Positions 62,401 to 64,000 of a DNA stretch of 64,000 bases are shown one piece after another. The notes below the pieces were generated by a model. It was not told the DNA's origin, searched no databases, and was given only the letters and a program-made list of their open reading frames with translations. Position numbers and translations under genes: made by a program. The stretch comes from a virus. Every line of letters starts with the position of its first letter. Position 1 is the first letter of the stretch. The stretch covers positions 1 through 64,000 of the IMG/VR virus record IMGVR_UViG_3300026097_000009; one strand, 5' to 3'.

Positions 62401-64000
62401 GTTGTAGGAGTTACTGAAGTGTTTGCAATTACTTCATCAGTTATACTCTTAAGATGGGTTAACGCCGCTACTGATTTTGCTTTGTCATTATCAGCAATGA
62501 TTTTGCCTGCAGGAGAAACTCGTGTTGAGCGCAATTCATCCCCTACAATTGCTGTTTCGGCAGGAATAATAATTGGTAAAACTTCTTCAAACAATCCAGT
62601 TTTAACAAAAATTGAATAATTAATTTTTACTTGTGCTGGAAGGTCATCAAGATCTCCTGCTGTGATAGCATCTGTTACAATTTCTATGAGCGATGATGCT
62701 AATGTAAACGCTCCAGCTTCAGCAGTATAACCAAAATCAATATATTGCTTTATTCTGTTTGCGAGAATTATACCATTTTCTGATTGATAGTTTGTATCCG
62801 GTGCCAAATTTGCTAAAACTTTTTCAATAAGAGTTACACCGTAATTGATGCTTGCAACAGTTTCATCTTCTTGTCCTGAAATGTAGCTCGCACCTAATTC
62901 TGTAAAATAACTTTGTGCTACCTCTCTAATTTTACGATTACCGCCATGCGTCAAATCATAAACAACCGCATCTAAAAGTAATCCCATATCGCGCTGACAC
63001 TTAGATTTATCATACGTGAACGCACTTGTAAACGGAGCAATATCATTTGCAATCTGATAGTCTGTCCATTCAACAATTTCTTTTTGAACAAACGTTCTGT
63101 TTCTTTCTAGCAAATATTTTGCGTTTGGATTTTCTGGACCTTTATCTACCTGTTCAGAAGCATATCTAACAGTTCTAAACGGTCTATCAATACTTAGTCC
63201 CCACAACGGAGCTGGGCTGTCTGTTCCTTCTGTTGAAACATAATAAGTTCTAGGAACATTACCCCAAGTATACCATGCCGGTTGTCCATCAACAACAGCT
63301 AATACTTGTCCTTCATTTCCAATAGGAAGTCTTGTCGGACCTGCGCCGCTATAAAATACTATATCGCCAGCAGTGTTTAATACACTTTCTTCTAAGCCAG
63401 CGGTTAAAAGATTCCAATATGTACCTGTTAAATCTTTTTCAGGACTGTTGTTAGTTGGTGTTTGGGTGCTGTCGTCATCGTCTGAAGTGTGTTTTAAAAC
63501 ACAAACATAGGAGTTAGACCCGAATCTAACAGCATCACCTAAAAGATACTGTGTTTCATTGTCCCATTCGCCTCTCCAGCGGAATCCAGAATTTAATCTT
63601 ACCCAATAAGTACCTAAGTTGTCATCTGGTGGGAATCCAGTTCCGTCTTGTATTGCATAGTAAGTGTAAGAGCCATGTCTAACAACTTCACCAACTTTAT
63701 AAGCAGTTGCCCCGTCCCAGTCTCCATTAAAATTGAATGCTTCCAGGAACAAATCCCAGTTTGCAGTACCAGTCGAAGGAGTACTGTTGTCGTGAACAGT
63801 CTTAGCAATATAGCTGTATCCACCGTACTTAACAATGTCGCCTGGTTGGTAAGTTGTTCCGCTATTCCAGATTAGTTCATACTGAATACCTTCGGAAAAC
63901 AATGCAAAATTAGAATCATTAAATGAGGCAGAAGATGTATGTTCTGTTGTACAAATCCATATTCCTGCGCCATATTTTACAAGATCGTTAATCTTATATC
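56412..64000 (-). CDS. Giant virion structural protein (>2500 aa), 5' end outside the window
   Basis: The frame stays open upstream of 63902 to the window edge (...YKINDLVKYGAGIWICTTEH...). Contains W...Y..GD.V.YG..SY CBM5/12-like repeats, C.RD....D...GGN helical repeats and beta-propeller blades. Confidence 0.8.
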   Translation of the reverse strand, partial: YKINDLVKYGAGIWICTTEHTSSASFNDSNFALFSEGIQYELIWNSGTTYQPGDIVKYGGYSYIAKTVHDNSTPSTGTANWDLFLEAFNFNGDWDGATAYKVGEVVRHGSYTYYAIQDGTGFPPDDNLGTYWVRLNSGFRWRGEWDNETQYLLGDAVRFGSNSYVCVLKHTSDDDDSTQTPTNNSPEKDLTGTYWNLLTAGLEESVLNTAGDIVFYSGAGPTRLPIGNEGQVLAVVDGQPAWYTWGNVPRTYYVSTEGTDSPAPLWGLSIDRPFRTVRYASEQVDKGPENPNAKYLLERNRTFVQKEIVEWTDYQIANDIAPFTSAFTYDKSKCQRDMGLLLDAVVYDLTHGGNRKIREVAQSYFTELGASYISGQEDETVASINYGVTLIEKVLANLAPDTNYQSENGIILANRIKQYIDFGYTAEAGAFTLASSLIEIVTDAITAGDLDDLPAQVKINYSIFVKTGLFEEVLPIIIPAETAIVGDELRSTRVSPAGKIIADNDKAKSVAALTHLKSITDEVIANTSVTPTTGNTVTQDTSSQKAGNTGSSTAITRLENNADEIKDILENGEGAADAFVFTDPTGYNVGYLTGYGDARDQLDANRTFITEEIVAWIDDQVTAETAPFTSSFTYNEETITAEITDILDILKYELTYGGNYQSVRNADRFFSYDGDLIKIADREAETLAWWARLKSVVSDIVQENDVSKSSGNGETQDKSGTAGSAASVTLVEDNIQLLIDVINNDGTLPTVVEPGTSWVSTDLVTARTLLEDAKTTIQTDGIQHIKREIPTLLFDEDKCGRDYGYHVEALGYDLMFNSNFASIQAGLAYRQGTVSTNKVINDQLTATSLTIDFIKKKATYIVASGAVVTAQELWDEIIAYVNTGTKPIVVGTNTPVEDLDLINGANILLLNKDFFAAEATAYINDTYTDTVTATTASTDRFTISDTSWMVAGDTIRFSGTVFGNVVSDTTYFVKEVVSGTQFTISEELDGSVFALADGTGSMTVSYYYETARCENDVRNYIEAIAYDMIYTGNYKSHYAARYYRNALTGSKLEDMYYVRNGCGLRNQTVLGLDGSSDGNTTGQQSALTDANEYGTQRPRAGAYVSLDPGWGPNDETAWVTNKSTYVQNVTTFGIGATGQKIDGSIHNGGNDSIVSNDFTQVISDGIGAWITNLGRAELVSVFSYYAHIGYLAENGGQIRATNGNNSYGDFGSVSEGVDITETEITGEINNRGNDANVVNVITDGDEVLAFEFGNAGEQYTTADFSISGAGSSAAVVGDETRNGGVYQVRLTDPGDSSGTGGEGYLTAANAAQGGTAGGTITLAATDTQSSAAYVGMSIYIVTGTGAGQYGYIQSYNAGSKAATVYKESDGAQGWDHLKPGTTIVDPDITSQYEITPRITFTTPPYSKTTRSLPNGFNWTGVAYGNGEGSYSLVSPSSTTSASGTLATFNITRVNGVYTVDIGASGTLYEVNDTITINGSVLGGTTGVNNLTITVTEVTESGAINAITSTGTAISARWVAVGGVGDSTLDVAAQSEDGITWEIAGMPSSVQWSAVTYGVVSGIGYYVAVAKQSTDTAYSLDGVNWTAGGSLGEAADWVDLAIGNNLVVAIAESDSSSTLRAVSANAGTTWNTGSLPSGAKAIEFGLGKFVVIEGNFSAEAAYSTNGVSWTASTLPANNDSSDSNWQDLAFGNNIFVAIADKNGAIAVSNDGETWADLGKDLSAITSSDDWRKIAYGNGVFLALAESEVAATSQDGLTWTERNATVKEIDILQTSKDTVVDWQVGTLPSTSDWSAVTYSTTDDQYVAVAGNSIAVATSPDGKTWTNRTIPTGSDDARAIAYGNGTYVIPYFSSNDVATSSDGVTWTFNSNVLNNTRDWSDIAFGNGTFVVVQIGTNTSEFSTNGTSWTASTLPAFADWTSIAYGDGAFVAVSGVSSASTAGAYSTNDGASWTASTLPASDYWSSVAYGNGKFVAVAGNSSQASTNFAYSTDGGETWSSVTVPSGNWNAVSYAGGVFVAVSYNSNDALISEDGITWTADTTQSTANWIDIVGNDVDNEFVTVAFNTNTANVLGYEANTNLLTVDSTAELSVGDTIFIPNDSAGTELFGGLDTDTRLFIESIPSSTTFTVSATQGGTPIQLTDGTGSMFATVGKLWSAVAFGGPYSNSGFIALSAGGRNAVQFFAGATPRARASVSDELITQIKIHEPGSNYTTVPTMTITDPNNIGADATHTVRIGNGVLAQPTFTNRGANYSAASAVITGDGFADNYQTGTFIDVKNLTNVPLEGSNLRIGGIDDIYYRVVTIRNLVGTSAPYTATIQVSPEVGVAEAPEHETSTTFRRRYSQVRLTGHDFLDIGTGNQTQTNYPGLPLQDPIPANETVDSGGGRVFFTSTDQDGNFRVGGLFNVEQSTGVATLNADAFNIAGLNELSLGSVALGGSGATVTEFSTDPFFTADSDSVIPTQRAIKAYITSQIGGGGSSLNVNTLTAGVIFIAGQEITTTTETQIFINTKMNFVGGIDGDAVTLNYFLLGG

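Noticed and set aside
41264-63875. Many 60-165 aa plus-strand ORFs inside the giant structural genes
   Set aside because: Expected stop-poor antisense frames of G/S/T/A-rich genes; they mirror the sense-strand repeats.
63900-63902. TTG at 63902 as the true start of the 2496-aa ORF
   Set aside because: The frame is open to the window edge and continues the same repeat pattern, so the gene starts outside the window.

Overview
This 64 kb window is part of a large, AT-rich T4-related (jumbo-type) myophage genome, densely coding in the standard bacterial code and mostly on the minus strand. From left to right: (i) the 5' part of an unannotated, very compact DnaE/Pol III-alpha-like gene (missing from the ORF track), peptide deformylase, and a four-gene sulfation cassette (sulfotransferase, APS kinase, DUF2061-like membrane protein, HxGH nucleotidyltransferase resembling a minimal ATP sulfurylase); (ii) replication/recombination genes (gp62-like, UvsW, UvsY, UvsX, gp32), split by a ~12.7 kb glycan-tailoring island (GMD, four KpsC/KpsS-like transferases, GT-A/GT8/GT17 enzymes, sulfotransferase, cytidylyltransferase-cupin, four methyltransferases); (iii) packaging, head, neck and tail genes (terminase, gp4, gp19, enlarged gp18, gp13/14/15, dNMP kinase); (iv) giant fibre/baseplate-type proteins around a cassette of three ~10% cysteine paralogues followed by a chaperone-like gene, a GT9-like glycosyltransferase, a NodU/CmcH carbamoyltransferase and a 2OG-Fe(II) oxygenase. 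A late-promoter motif TAAATA lies exactly 5 nt before the ATG of eight genes, which implies leaderless late mRNAs, and it also heads the glycan island. The best candidate for an undescribed system is late-expressed chemical decoration of the virion, possibly including Cys-directed glycosylation/carbamoylation of fibre proteins and phage-made PAPS. All assignments come from motif recognition by eye; no database search was run.
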